NCBI GenBank assembly: GCA_964187785.1
Contig: OZ076409.1
Span: 29,390,001-29,454,000, forward strand
DNA length: 64,000 nt
Origin: Amphiscolops sp. MND2022
Taxonomy: Eukaryota
Direction: 5' to 3'
Both the position numbers and the translations under genes were made by a program. A model generated the notes under the pieces. The model was not told the DNA's origin. It saw only the letters and a program-made list of their open reading frames with translations, and made no database searches. Positions 25,861 to 38,786 of this stretch are shown one piece after another (within the stretch, counting starts at the first letter, position 1; each line of letters begins with the position of its first letter).

Positions 25861-26433
25861 TGTTTACACTCCAAGACCGATAGAGATTTTGCGGCGAGTT
25901 GATTTTTTCGATATCTTCGATATCAACTCCGTCCTCAAGAATACACAACTAAACTTGTTGATGAAACCCTTGTTTTTTGTTTCTTGTGTTATTTGCCTCC
26001 TAATATACTACGTAATATCATCCGCTATTATCGATGTTACAATATCATTCACTTTATTGTTCGTGGTTGTGAAATTGTATTTGTGTCTATTAATCGACTT
26101 ATTTATTTTATTTGTTTGTTGCGTATTAATTAAAATTCAACCTGCTTCTTTTCATCAGCGAAAAGGCACCCTAAAGCAGCTCAAGAGTAGCGAAACAAAC
26201 CCCCTGAAAGACAGTAGTAAAATAGCAAAGATGTAAAGAGCGGGATTTCCTTGTCACACTTACCCCCACCGCTTTCAATTAAGTTGATTCGTCTCTTCTT
26301 CGGAGTTAATAAAAATTTATGTAGATACTCAGCCAGTCCTTGTCTCGTGCATGGTACCAACGGGTTTCATTGAGTTGTAGTGGAGATATTCTCACAAATA
26401 GTTAAAGCTACTGGAATAACCAAAAATCTTACA

Positions 26434-29263
26434 GTATTCAGTATTTGGCGTTTGTGTTTCGAACGCGTATTTCTCATCCTTTCCTATCTATGATCCTATT
26501 GCAAAGAAAATGCCTGATAATTCGTTAGCTTTTCTATAACAGTACCTCCTTCTGTGTTAAACACCGCTCATTTGCTGTTTCAATCATCCGTTTTACATTC
26601 CTATTTTCAAGACGGTCTTTCATTGCACGTGTAATATAATATGCCAATTATAGCTATTTCTACACATACAATCCAATTTTCCACTTCTAGAGCTGTTCAC
26701 GTTTCCGTAAGTGATAAATCTGGTTTTCGATACTGAACAATTCTAAAATTCTGACACTTTATCTGTAGTAGGATTTGGTAAAAATGCTTCCGGCTACACG
26801 GAGTTACGTCCAACTGTCTCCAGGAAAACACTTTTTGCCGATTGGTGCATTTTGAAATGGGCCGACAAAGTCCATCGCAAAATCGTCATTTGCAAATGAC
26901 GATTTTGCGATGGACTTTGTCGGCCCATGGGTTTAGGTTTCCAAAATTGTTTGAGACTATATGCACTTTAGAATTTTATCTGCAATTTTGCACTGCGGTC
27001 AGTTATTGGCCTTTTCGACGTCATCATGGTAGATTCTCGGCCACTACACATCTGCCGCATCTATCAGCCTTGCGTCTCGCCCTGTGTGTCCGAAATGAAT
27101 GACTGGTTTCTGTCGTAACTTTCGGTGTAGCCAAGCGCTTTTCTAGGTAAAGTAAGTTATCTGAATCTAATAAGAAATAAAAATGTTTCTCTCCTCTGAT
27201 CCGGTAACATGGCAATCTGAGCCGTTTCCTTCAACTGTTCAAGGTTCAATATTTCTTGTGAATAAAGATAGTTCTCATTAAAAGCTTGCACAAAGAGTTT
27301 GCCAGTTCGCGATTCCCTGGTGTTTTGTGATAATTTGCCAATTTGCAATTGTTTGCTAAGACTCTCTATTATCGTTTCTGTCGAAAAATTGTTTCTCAAA
27401 ACAATGCTAATTTCGTTCACGACGGTCAAAACACTGTTCTCAGCTTTGGAAGGCTACTGGTAGTTTTTTCATTTCCTATTTGTTGCCGTTTTGTATTGAT
27501 TGCTCTTATTTATTGATTCATTCTTACGTTAGTTTTAGACCAATCATTAAGCATTTGCGCTGATTTAAGAATCCTTTGATCCTTCAAACCAGGATGGATG
27601 TCTTGACAAATAGCCTGTCATTCCCATGGTTCATCCTGGTGCTTAAGCAACCGTTAAATCAAATAGTACTCAAAAAACCCTTTCGCAAAACTACAGCTAA
27701 CAATTCTAATAGTTCCAACAATTGAACTTCTGACTTAAACTCTGTTAGCACTCGTGAGCCATAAGGTATTGGTTTCCTGCAGTTTCGTTCTATTGATTGA
27801 AGTAGACACCAAGCCGTTGTTTACTTGCACAAAGAAGATTTCTCTTTTGGGAATTTCTTTCGCGTGACCCTTCTTGCTTCCGACTTTTCATGCAAAATTT
27901 ATTCTCATGTTCACTTGTCCACGATCATTGTAAATCTTTCTTCAAAATATCTCGAATAGATTACCTGTGTTGGCTAGTGAAGACGCATCGAGAGCTTTCG
28001 ATAACTCGCAACTTTTGCCAAATGATGCGCTTTTATTCTTTTGGGTACAAATGAAGTGTCATCAATGAACACGAATACTTCTCTAAATCTAGCTAATATA
28101 GTGTCCATTACCTCTTGAAATTTGTCACCACTTCTAGACCATTACAAAACTATTACAAAACGGTATAATCTTGTAGGTTCGCATCCAATTATCTGAACAT
28201 GGCAGTGTTTCCCTGTTAAGAAATGTAGTGGAAGTTGTACAATCGTAACTCGGAGAGCACATCACCCAGCATGTCCAGAGGTTTTTCATTTTGTACGGCG
28301 CCGTGTCACACTTTCCTTCACCTGAAACCTTCAAAACCATCGGGTCTTTTCCAGAACTTCTGTCGTCCCGGTAGTCATCTTCACAACTCCTTGTGCTCGT
28401 CTGACATTTTAGTTCTATTTGTCAAAATGGCGGGCGGTGGATTTCTTGTTTATTCTTTGAATTCTTTTGGAATTTCAATATCTCTCGAAGTGGCCTTCAT
28501 TCTGCAGAAGTTACAAATGGTGCCCAGATCTTTGAAGCTATATAGGTGATTTGCTGTGAAATTGATTGCTCCAAATCGCCAGCTTTTTTCTGCTTTGCTA
28601 ATATCGCGACTGCTGGTTCTTTTTTACCATTGTTGTTGTACATGGTTGACCGATTGCCGTGGCAACCCATCCTCAAATGCGATAGCAAACAGCAGTGCAT
28701 CTCGTGGATTTTCTGTGAGTTTAGAGCATAACTTTTCTTGTCTTGTTTCTAAGACATACTCAAGATGAATATGTCGTACAGCAAACCTTGCGTTTGATCT
28801 CCAAACCAAAAATGCACGTTGCCGCTAAGCCGTTCAAGATAATCACGAATTGAGGCAACAAATGATTTGGTTTCTTCCTTTTAGCCAGGACCCTATGACG
28901 ATCCAGCCTTCTCTACCTACGAAACTCGAAGCATGTTCCGCTATTCTCCAGCAGTTCGATTAATTCGATTGTGGAAATGTTTATGTGCTGGTATTTGTCC
29001 ATTAACAATTTACGTCCAATTTTTCCAATAGCAAGGGATAACAGACTTACATTCACATTCCCCAACAATCCTGAAACTTGAGAGGTTCTCCTTCGCTTGT
29101 TGACTTTGTGATTTCAAACATCGAATCAGAAAATTTGGCAAGCATTGTCAGCTCGAAAAACTTAACCCATTGCTCTCAATCTGTCGTCATAGTTTTTCCG
29201 CATCCTGCTAGAAGTATCGAATTCCAGGAAACGGTGCAAACGTGGACTCTTTTTGTTCATTAG
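26434..29263 (-). mobile_element. Old, internally deleted Gypsy element B (gag, RT and integrase relics)
   Basis: Minus strand DKFQEVMDTILARFREVFVFIDD (~28058-28126); gag-like QEKLCSKLTENPRDALLFAIAFEDG and WEQWVKFFEL-like relics. Confidence 0.7.
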
Positions 29264-29535
29264 CGCGCAGCGCCGTGTTCTAGTTTAGTTGTAAACTGAC
29301 AAGTGAAGAGAATGTGGCGATAATACTTCAATTGTCAAATTTTATCCGAATGGCAATAACTGTGAAACTAACTTTATCACAACTTTGTTTGACAGGTACT
29401 TGATAAATATTTATGTGAACTAATTTACCACCACGAGGCAGGATGAACACTTTTGCTCGCTCTTCTCTAAAAGTAAAACATGTTATTGAAACCTGCTTGT
29501 GACAACTGGTTAAGGTTACAAAGAAAACAGAGATG

Positions 29536-29735
29536 NNNNNNNNNNNNNNNNNNNNNNNNNNNNNNNNNNNNNNNNNNNNNNNNNNNNNNNNNNNNNNNNN
29601 NNNNNNNNNNNNNNNNNNNNNNNNNNNNNNNNNNNNNNNNNNNNNNNNNNNNNNNNNNNNNNNNNNNNNNNNNNNNNNNNNNNNNNNNNNNNNNNNNNNN
29701 NNNNNNNNNNNNNNNNNNNNNNNNNNNNNNNNNNN
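29536..29735. other. Assembly gap (200 N)
   Basis: Run of N. Confidence 0.99.
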
Positions 29736-29759
29736 TGGCCCAATTTTGTAAAAGATTAA

Positions 29760-30254
29760 TTCCCGTTTCTGTAATCTCACAGCTAACATCTTTGTTCTGT
29801 TGAAACAATTTCTCGAAAAACTCAATTCAAACTACAAACTGGAAAGTTTTCTCCAGACAAGGTCTGCAAGAAGCCAAAAGATAAGTGATCTTCCTCAAGA
29901 AAACAACGGAATGGTAAATGAAATTATGGTATCTCCAATTGTAGTTGAAAACGATGGTCCGGTAGATCTGTACGTACTGGTATAGGGTCCTTCCCCATCT
30001 AAATCTCCAAGAGTCGAGAATAGATCTCTAGAAAGCCTAAGAGCTTCTCTAAAGGATGAAATAACCTCTGAAATTAACAACCTACTTGCCGAATCTCATA
30101 GGAATTACTAAAACTGCTAAAACCTAAAGCAGGAGAATGTATTGATGAGGAGGAAGGGACATTATCCGAAAGTGAAACAAGAAGTTTCTACACTCCGACT
30201 AAGTCCGTCAGGATAAATAGTCTCCAAATAACGACCCTTGTACAAGTCGTAATA
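29760..30254 (+). mobile_element. LTR remnant with a gag-like N-terminal ORF relic (same family as 7290)
   Basis: GPSPSKSPRVENRSLESLRASLKDEITSEINNLLAES vs GPSKVPRVEPESLDEIKTSLRKKIMSDLTKILAEN; ends AGTCGTAATA. Confidence 0.6.
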
Positions 30255-30740
30255 AAAGGATGATTTAACCTCTATTTTTTAGTGAAGATCATATTTTCAC
30301 AGCGAAGAAAAAAGAGTCCCAAAACTCTATGATACAAAATTGGAAACGTTTTCCTTAAAACCTGAACAAGCATTCAAGTAAAAAATCTTAAGCTCTTCTT
30401 CTAATCCCAACGTTCACGCAATCGATTTAAGTTGCTGTTAGTTACACTAAAATTTAATTGGTTGTTAGTAATAATTCAATAATAATTTCACTTGACCTCT
30501 TGACTGGGAGGAAATAAATTGGTGGGGGGAAATAATAGGATCCAAAAACCTCAAGTAAAAACCTGAAAGCCTGTCTTTTCGCATCCTAAAAATTTCGGAA
30601 ATTAAAATGAGTTTACTAAAAATGTTTTTTCTTTCATAAATGCTTTTAATCAAATGCTTATACTTCGGCGTGCATGCTTTCAAATACGTTTTTCAAATTT
30701 TCTTCCGTAAATGCATGTCTTGAAGTAGGAACAGGGTTAC

Positions 30741-30873
30741 CATGTCATGAGTGTTTTATGCTCTTTGGCCTTCTGAGAATTGGAGATTGTAGGGCAAATG
30801 AACAGAAAGAAAGAGACAAACATCACAATGGTTCCGTCAGTCACCAAATTCATTCCCAGTACATCGGCCCAGC
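30741..30873 (-). CDS. SLC13/Indy-like transporter, gene A exon 6 (133 nt)
   Basis: AG/GT boundaries, phase 1 to 2; GWADVLGMNLVTDGTIVMF...LMTW. Confidence 0.9.
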
Positions 30874-31422
30874 CTAAAACATGCACGAGATTTCGGGCAC
30901 AGTTTAAATAGTTATTAAATTGAAAACGCATGACAAGTAGACCATGATTTCATTCTAGTTTCAGATCTTGAGAGTACAGTTATTGTCATTTTAATGTTTG
31001 ATCTTACACAATAACGATGTGATTGCTCTGATCTGTCTCCATGGCGTGGAAACCGCACTTTCTTTGGCAAACCATACTGATAGAGTGCCATGTATTATTA
31101 TAAACTGAACATTGAAATTGCGATAATTTTCCCATAGAATGTAGCTGCATGTATATAAACACTAGGATAATACTTAACGGTTCGTGAAAAGATGGTATGG
31201 CATTAAGGCGTTTGTGTGTTACAGTTGTGCTTCACATTTTGCCTTGATGTTTGTCCGTTGTGGGTAAGATCTAACAAAGAAGTGTATGGGAGAAGGTCAA
31301 CATTGGCTTCTACTGGCCGTATAGCCTTGCTTTGTTTGCCGTAGAAATTTCATCGGTGAAGTTTTTAAAAATTCTTGAACTTGTTTGTTTGTAAAACAAA
31401 CATGACAAGAAAAAACCGGTAC

Positions 31423-31714
31423 CTGTAATAATTTGAGGTGATTTGAAGATCCAGAGAAGCGCGAGGACAATGAACATGAGCAAAACTATTTTTTCTTCAG
31501 GTGAGACTGGGCCCAGCTGGTGATACCGACTGTCTATTCTGTTTTTGATTCTAGCCGCGCGGTTCCTTTCCAAAGTTGCCTCTGATTTGTTTGATCTGCT
31601 TTTGAAGGGTAATGGAAGTTGGATGGCACAAACAACCACCCACGCGAAGATCAGACAAATGAAGGATTCCGGGAAGGCGTAGATCATGTAGGTGGCAAAG
31701 TTGAATCCGGTTTT
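31423..31714 (-). CDS. SLC13-like gene A exon 5
   Basis: Phase 0 to 1; KTGFNFATYMIYAFP...YHQLGPVSPEEKIVLLMFIVLALLWIF. Confidence 0.9.
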
Positions 31715-31886
31715 CTATAATAGTGTAAAACATCAAAATGTTTCTCCAGAGATGATTTAGATATCCATCGTTGCTTTGAATACTTGCCGGTACAAATTGA
31801 GCATCAAAAGTTTTTTAAAAAAAAAACAGAAACGAGGCTAAGAAATGTTTCTAACGTTTTTCTTTACTTAGAAAAGGCATCATATA

Positions 31887-33814
31887 TGTCGCAGGCTGCC
31901 GCCTGTGACGGCACAAGAACCACAACGACCACGCAAGGACAGGAGTCAGCTTCCGGCACACTCCCCATTTACTAGCCAGGAGAACGATTAGACAAACTTT
32001 TATAATATTTTGTTACTTTAAATGTGTTGCATTTATTAACGTTACTAGATTTTCCATTTGTGTACGTATATACAATAGTCTGTTAAAATTACAATCGAAA
32101 GGGTGAAAAGTGCAGTACAACAATGTAAGCAATTGCAGTAATTGAAGCAGCTATGCAGTGTAAAGGAAACGAGTTCAAGTGAACGTAACTCCAAATCCGA
32201 AAACGTCACTTGAGCTCGTTATGCTGACCAATCATATTCACTCATTTAGCGGTGCTAGTATTGTATTCATAAAATGGTCGATTTAGGCTACGTGACGTAA
32301 TTCTGCCTTTATTGTATGGTACTTTGGTCAAATGGCCGGTTCCGGCCGTGCTGCGCTTGTGAGTGGCAAATTGCTTTACATGCATGTACTTGACTGATAA
32401 TTAAGTAATTGTGCCTTTCATGTTAGTTAGATACTCATTTTTGCAGTTTCACGCCTTATTTCAATACTAGGCCGAATAAGGCCATTCACCGAACTATTAT
32501 TTTTGATTGGGGAGACCAAACGGATAGTGGCCGGTTCCGGTTACTTTTGATATTAGCTATCCAAATGCTGAATTAAAGTAATGTAGGTACCCTCAGGCTT
32601 TTGATGTCACGTGCTGATGTATCTATACCAGGGAATTATTATCTGCCCCCCTTTTATTAATCGATGCTGTTAATAACAATTCATGATATTGTATTAAATG
32701 TCAATCTCATAGACTGATTTGGCTGATTTGTCCGGCTGATTGATATGAATTGTAGCCGAATGAGGCATGATGAACATGTGCTGTTATACGTAGTTGTAAC
32801 GGTTATTTGCTAAGACAATCCACTCATGTAGGCACGTGCCGACACGGGATTGTTGACATTCCTCAGATACTTGTAACTTGATGTTTTGTTTGATGTGTAC
32901 CGCACCTTTCAAATGTTTACTTGTGTTGTAAGTGAAAGAATTTGAATGGTCCTAGGACACTTCCAACCTCATTTCAGCGGCACTTAGATGTCCACTCAAA
33001 TATGTATGTCAGGTGCTTTTGGAATGTTGTAATTACATTTTTCGAGTGTTTGAATCCTAAACGCTCTACCCAAGGCAGTATATATAGGAGCTACTTCCTT
33101 GGACGGACACAATTTTCTGTTTTGCTCCTCAAACTCAGTTTGTAAAAGTAATCCTTTTGTTGCAAACCTTTCACGAAATACTGTTTTCCGGTTTTAATAG
33201 TTGAAATATTCAACCCGGTTTCGTCTTAATGCCTACAACTAGAAAACAAAAGAAGGCAAGAAAGTGAAGAGAACTTGAAATGTTATCTGATATCGAGAAT
33301 TTAGATATCAAGTTAGGCGAAAACCATTTTGGTGCAAGAGAAATGGATGGCAGCTTGAATAGCAATTTGCCCAGGAGATCTAGAAGCTTTGCAAGCAATG
33401 AATCTGAAAATGAAGACGGGAACATAGGTAGAAACCAGAGAAAAATTAACTCCAGGACAAATACCGAATGTGACCGCAATTCAGTCACGGGTAACTCTAG
33501 TGCTGAGATAAACAGATTGTCAAGTGAGTTAAATTCTCGCATTTCGCGAGAAATGGACGAGATGATGAATTATGTGAACGTCCAAATACAAAGGGCTATA
33601 AGTGATGCAATAAGTACTCAGGTACTTCCTCAAATCCAAAATGTTATTATAGCCGGATCGGGACACGGGACTAGAAAGGGATGGGACGTTCCGTCCGAGA
33701 GACCGGAACTAATTTCCGAAGTTCAGCGAAATCTAAACGCAAAGAACAACTTGAGAAATGAACAGGATGAGAACCAAATAAACAATGATTACCCTGATCT
33801 GAATGTTCATGACA
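31887..33814 (+). mobile_element. Solo LTR (1928 bp) in intron 4 of SLC13 gene A
   Basis: TGTC...GACA termini; perfect TSD ATATA (31882-31886 / 33815-33819); contains ORF 33229-33814. Confidence 0.85.
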
Positions 33815-34189
33815 ATATACTATAAGGCAAATGAAATTAATGTTCTATCTTATCGGAAGATAAAAATAAGAAAAGAGTTGTTCTGGTAACAATGTATTGT
33901 AATTCGTGTTGTACTCAACTGAGTCGTACACGAATATCATTAATATGATAAAAAGATATACATGTAAAAGCATATGTGATGAACATAAATGTTGACAGGT
34001 ACTCAGCTGTCTGGACGTATTGTGACCTTTACGGTTTAACTCACCGACCTGTCACAGTTTAAGACACCAAAGAGTTATTGCACTTTGAAACTTTCTGCTG
34101 CAGCCATGGCAGTTAAAAATTTGTCGGTAAAATTTTTGGCATACAAATTATACTTCAGTGAAAAACCAAGACTTAAACGAAATGCTAAC

Positions 34190-34382
34190 TGTTCCATAGA
34201 TTTCTCTCACGTTTCCTGCCAGAAGAGCGTTTGGTCCTGTCCCCGTTAATGTAGCAGTACCGCCTATGCTACATGAATAAGCAATTGAGAGAAACAGGGC
34301 CACTTTAAATTGCTTGTACTCTTTGTATTCTTTCGAATTTGTCCGTTTCATGTATCCCTTCCTCATCGTTGGATCTTCTAAT
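34190..34382 (-). CDS. SLC13-like gene A exon 4
   Basis: Phase 2 to 0; SIAYSCSIGGTATLTGTGPN signature. Confidence 0.92.
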
Positions 34383-34963
34383 CTAAACGAGGTGGAATGA
34401 ATAATTTAATGGTTGCTCACAAAACACAACTTTGTATGGTATGAATTCTAGTTGTTAACATTCTAACTAGTGAAAACATATTGTACGATTTCCTAAATAA
34501 TGATATCAGTGAGAGCTCCAAAACTCAATAATATACGTTTCAAATACAGGATTAATAGGATATACTGTATTCGAAACTGTTATCTTTATGGAGAGGTCTA
34601 TATGATGTCAATTTTGTGATTTCTGTAGCAATGAAGAATGGATAAAAAGTCGTGAACAGGTCTCTCACGGGTTTAAAAGGGGAGATGTTTCGTCACTAAA
34701 ATTGCTTAAACTTACTTGTCTGCTCTTTATATGAAATGTTTTTAGCGATGTCAATCCATGCCCTCGAAAACTAATTATAAATTCCTTTTGAAACAGGCAC
34801 TTCATTTTTGAAGAAAAAAACCACTCAAAAACAGCAGGTTTTAGCCAAAGTGGCCTAAGATCTGTGAAGTTAAGGTTTGAATCACCGCGCCACTCTGCGA
34901 ATCTAATTGGTTTTTCTATAATTGGTTCAATTCATTGGTTTTTAATTAAATCAAGTATCTTAC

Positions 34964-35243
34964 AGATGAAGGTCAGTCGCTGGTGGATCCGAAGAAACTT
35001 CATCGGAGGCGCATTGGTGTGAATCAACTCCATTGATGGCGTCATCTTTTTCCATCAATTCGTGGTCATCAGCTGATGTTTGATCTTTTTGTTCTGGGTC
35101 GAACTCGCTCGCAACTGCGATGGCAATGGGCATGAGCATTGCAGTGGTAGCAGTGTTGCTCAGCCACATAGACAGAAACCAGCCAATGAGCATGAAGCCC
35201 AGAATTATCATTCTTTGTTGGCTGCCGAACAGTCTGAGGGTGC
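34964..35243 (-). CDS. SLC13-like gene A exon 3
   Basis: Phase 1 to 2; FLSMWLSNTATTAMLMPIA (first SNT motif). Confidence 0.93.
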
Positions 35244-35429
35244 CTGACAACAGAACAGGTGTATCAAGAATTTGAACAATTGCTTCCTTTCAAAGCTTCG
35301 TTGATACTTTTAAATGAAACATAAAATCATTCAGCTCCTCTTGCTTTGTGGGAACATCAGGGATGGAGTCTTAAATTTTTTGGAGGCATTGCAAGTTCTT
35401 AAAGATTCACAGATATTAGTGCTTGCTCA

Positions 35430-37760
35430 TTTTTATTCTCCGCCCACATTCCATATGGGAAAGGAGAATTTTAAATCAAACGTTTTCTTACAAAAATTGC
35501 CAAGTACCAAATTTATATTCAAAATGAAACATATCATCCACAGAATTCAACTCACGTAAATTAAGTTTCGTGTGATATGTATTTGTAGAGATTCTTGGAC
35601 ATTTTTAGGAATGACGGAAATGACCCCATAATGAACCAAAATGACCCCGAAAATACCAAAAATTCTTATAAACTTTTAGGCAATTTTTGTCAAATTTTCG
35701 TAAATCTTCGCGGATTAGAATGCTCAAAACGTTCAACAAGGCAAAAATTCGTTGTCCAGTAGTCACTTCCGAAGAGATAAGTGCTGTATTTTTTTTAAAA
35801 AATCTCAAATCGACATCGAAATAACAAAAAAAAACAAATTTTTCAATTTTCAATGTTTTTATGCAATGTTTCTCAAACTTTCGCCAGACTTCGTGGATTG
35901 GAACGTTGGAAAGTGTCAACAAAGAAAGACTTTGTTATCCAGTAGGCTTAGTGAAAAAATGAATGCTGCTTGTTCAAATGAATATCGGTTCCAAAAGTGA
36001 ATATTCCAAATCACGGATTGACACAGAAAAAAAAAACAAAATTTTCCGATTTTCACCATTTGCATTCTTTTTCTATCGAAGTTTCGACAGACTTCGTGGA
36101 TTAGAACGTGCAAACTGTTAATCAATGGGAGAATTTTTTATTTCAGAAGGCTTTTGTCAGGAGATAAAAACAATGTTCTATGCAAAAATGTATCAAATTG
36201 ACCCAGAAAATGTCAGAAAAACCAAAACTTTCAAACTTTTATCGATTTCAATGCAATTTCTCTACACTTTTTGGAATAATTGATTCCAGAACGTTCAAAA
36301 ATGAAAGAACAAGCTATGCAGTAACTTTTTAACGAGAACGCTGCAGCGGCTTGCTTCAAAAACACTTCAGAATGACTCCAAATGAGTCGAAATTTTTCAT
36401 CTTTTTCACGTTTTTATGCAATTTATGTGTACTTCGTAAATTTGTTTTGGAATGAGAATGTTGGAAAACATTCAACGACTGAACTCAAAATCCAGTAACA
36501 TTTTAAAGGGCATTTGTGCAGACTTCAGTTGAAAATGGCTCCAAATTCACGGCAAAAAGTTGATAATCCGAAAAAAAAGTTTACGGATTTCCAATATTTT
36601 TAGTGGTTTTTAATTTGAGAAAATCAAAATTTGACGATGATAAAAGCTCCAGATGGTAAAACTAGGTTCGCAACACGCATTTAAAGAGACTTTTCCACTT
36701 TTCAAAGAAAGCGTTTTCATTTTTTTATCCAGTTTGTTGTAAAATTTTTGAGCAACTTCCTTGCACGAAATGATTCAAAAAAGTCAGCAACGACTAATTC
36801 TGGTATCCAGTACGCGTCTTCGAAGATGTATTTGCAATTTTTTTGTTAAAGTTGCCCTCAGAAACACCCCAAACCTCAAAAAACGACAAAAGCACAATTT
36901 TTGACACATTCATCCATGTTTTTATTCAAACCACGAAAATTTTCGTAAAAGAACATCCATTGACCAAGACGTTGAAACAATAAGGTGTTCAAAACGCAAT
37001 TTGTGATAGAAAGTGTGTCGAATTTTTCGAACTTTCAGTCAACAAAGGTGCCAAAATTTCCGAAATTGCTCAATTGTCGACAACAAAGTCCCAATTTTTG
37101 ACCCTTCCCGAAAGTTTGCTTCAATCAGAAGGCCCATAGGATCAGGATTGAAACGTGTAGCTACCGTTAGTGTTGCGGAAAGATATCGGACAAGTTCATT
37201 ACCAAAAAACTTTACTTGAAAACTGAGAATTTTTTCCAAACTTTACTATCAACTATTTAATATTCAAAAAGCTCCAAGCCAAATCACAGGTATGGGGTAC
37301 GCCTTCCAAAGGAAGCTGTTTTTCTGGTTGAGTGCGAGACTCGAACCCACGTAACCCTGATTCTAACACTGCATGAAATCCGCGTTAAGCACGTCAAGTG
37401 GTAGTCAGAAGTTACTTGAAAGGTTGAAGAACTTTTGGTCTATCAGGTGTTATCGAACAAAATACTGACAAAAATCCATGACTATAGTCACTCTTTCCTG
37501 GCGAAAAGCGCGGACTGATCATTTGGTATATTAGGTACTGGTATTCACATAGTTCAACAACAAAACAAATAGGTACTTAGCGTGTTTATAAATTAGGTGT
37601 TTGCTTTAAAAATGGGCTGAAATGAATCAAAACTTTATTTTTTTCGAACTTGTTTGCATTTACATAGTGCATTGGCTATTCTTGAGCCTCAAATTTATGT
37701 CGGATTAGAACAGTTTGGGGCGGAAAAGATATCGTTGCTCAGCGAACGGCTTGTTGAAGA
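35430..37760 (+). repeat. AT-rich interspersed repeat, copy 1 (degenerate ~135-bp internal tandem units; hairpin + CTTGT 3' end)
   Basis: Shared left end TTATTyTCCGyCCAyATTyCATATGG, recurring unit GACTTCGTGGATTAGAATGTTG..GTCAAC..TCCAGTAG, shared right end CAGTTTGGGGCGGAAAA..CTTGTT. Confidence 0.7.
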
Positions 37761-38133
37761 TTCTCTCAGTAATACAAAGAATGTTTTGAATTTCGGCAAA
37801 AATCTCTCGTTGCTTCATGGGGCTAAACTTTTGATGATTCCATTTGCAATTGTTCCAAAGTACGCCGCTAACATCAAAACAGATCCAACTGGGGAACCAG
37901 TCTACCATGCACTACCTGGATTACAAAACATTTATCCACTTTTACTTACAGTTGTTGCCAGTTACATTTCGAATGGAATTTATTTCGGAGCTTTACATTT
38001 TTTGAAGTATTTGCTTTGGTAGATTCAAGTCCTTCATCGACAACAGCAAAAAACTCAACAAAAATAGTTATTCATGAATCAACCTTTTGAGGTTTTTAGA
38101 AGCAATTGAAAGTAAACAAACTAACTAACTAAC

Positions 38134-38385
38134 CGAGCGCAATCCTCTTATGAACCTCCCATTCCTCGATAGCTATGGCCACTATCAGTCCTCCCAACAC
38201 TAGCACAATAATATCTTTGAAATACTGGGTGCTGACATCCACCCCATCGGCTATGTCGAGCACAGGGAACAGAACGAGTGGCAACAGGGCGGTAACTGCG
38301 AGGGGTAGCAACTCCAGCATCCAATAAATTGCCATCAGACAGATGACGAAAGCACATCTCAGTTTCACACTTTCAAGAGCGAACC
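38134..38385 (-). CDS. SLC13-like gene A exon 2
   Basis: Phase 1 to 1; MAIYWMLELLPLAVTALLPLVLFP...AIEEWEVHKRIAL. Confidence 0.93.
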
Positions 38386-38786
38386 CTGCAGAAGATAAAC
38401 TCAACTTGTAACAGTGGTAATAGTTTATTTACCGACAATATTAGGTTACAACTAAAAGATGTGAACTAAATTAACGCCAAGAGAACAAAAACAGAACTTT
38501 TCAGCTTGAAATTGACGTTTTCGAACGTTAGTAACCTTGAACAATAAGACATGCCAAACAACTCATTAATTGTTCAACTAATTAAATCAACTGAAAGCAA
38601 AGCCGTAAATTAGAAAGATCTCCGAAGAATTCTCATTTGAATGCTTTCTTTTACAAAACAGGCCAAGACTGGAAAGTCATTAAAGGCGGCTTTGAAAACA
38701 ATTAACTGATGTTCATTTCCTGAGGAATCAGTCACGGTGTATATGCTTTAGAATGCAATCTGAGGAAATTTGAAGGAACTACTAAC

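Larger units (their letters stand above)
8392..26433 (+). mobile_element. Full-length, decayed env-bearing Ty3/Gypsy provirus (LTR-PBS-gag-pol[macro]-env-PPT-LTR)
   Basis: TSD GTATT at 8387-8391 and 26434-26438; TG..CA termini with 12-13 bp inverted repeats; long direct repeats; PBS; PPT; domain order PR-RT-RH-INT. Confidence 0.95.
21186..26433 (+). repeat. 3' LTR, interrupted by a LINE and containing ~550 bp absent from the 5' LTR
   Basis: TGTAAGATTTTTG...CAAAAATCTTACA; aligns by eye to 8392-11407. Confidence 0.93.

Noticed and set aside
29328..29825. Several ORFs containing poly-X
   Set aside because: Artifacts of the N gap.
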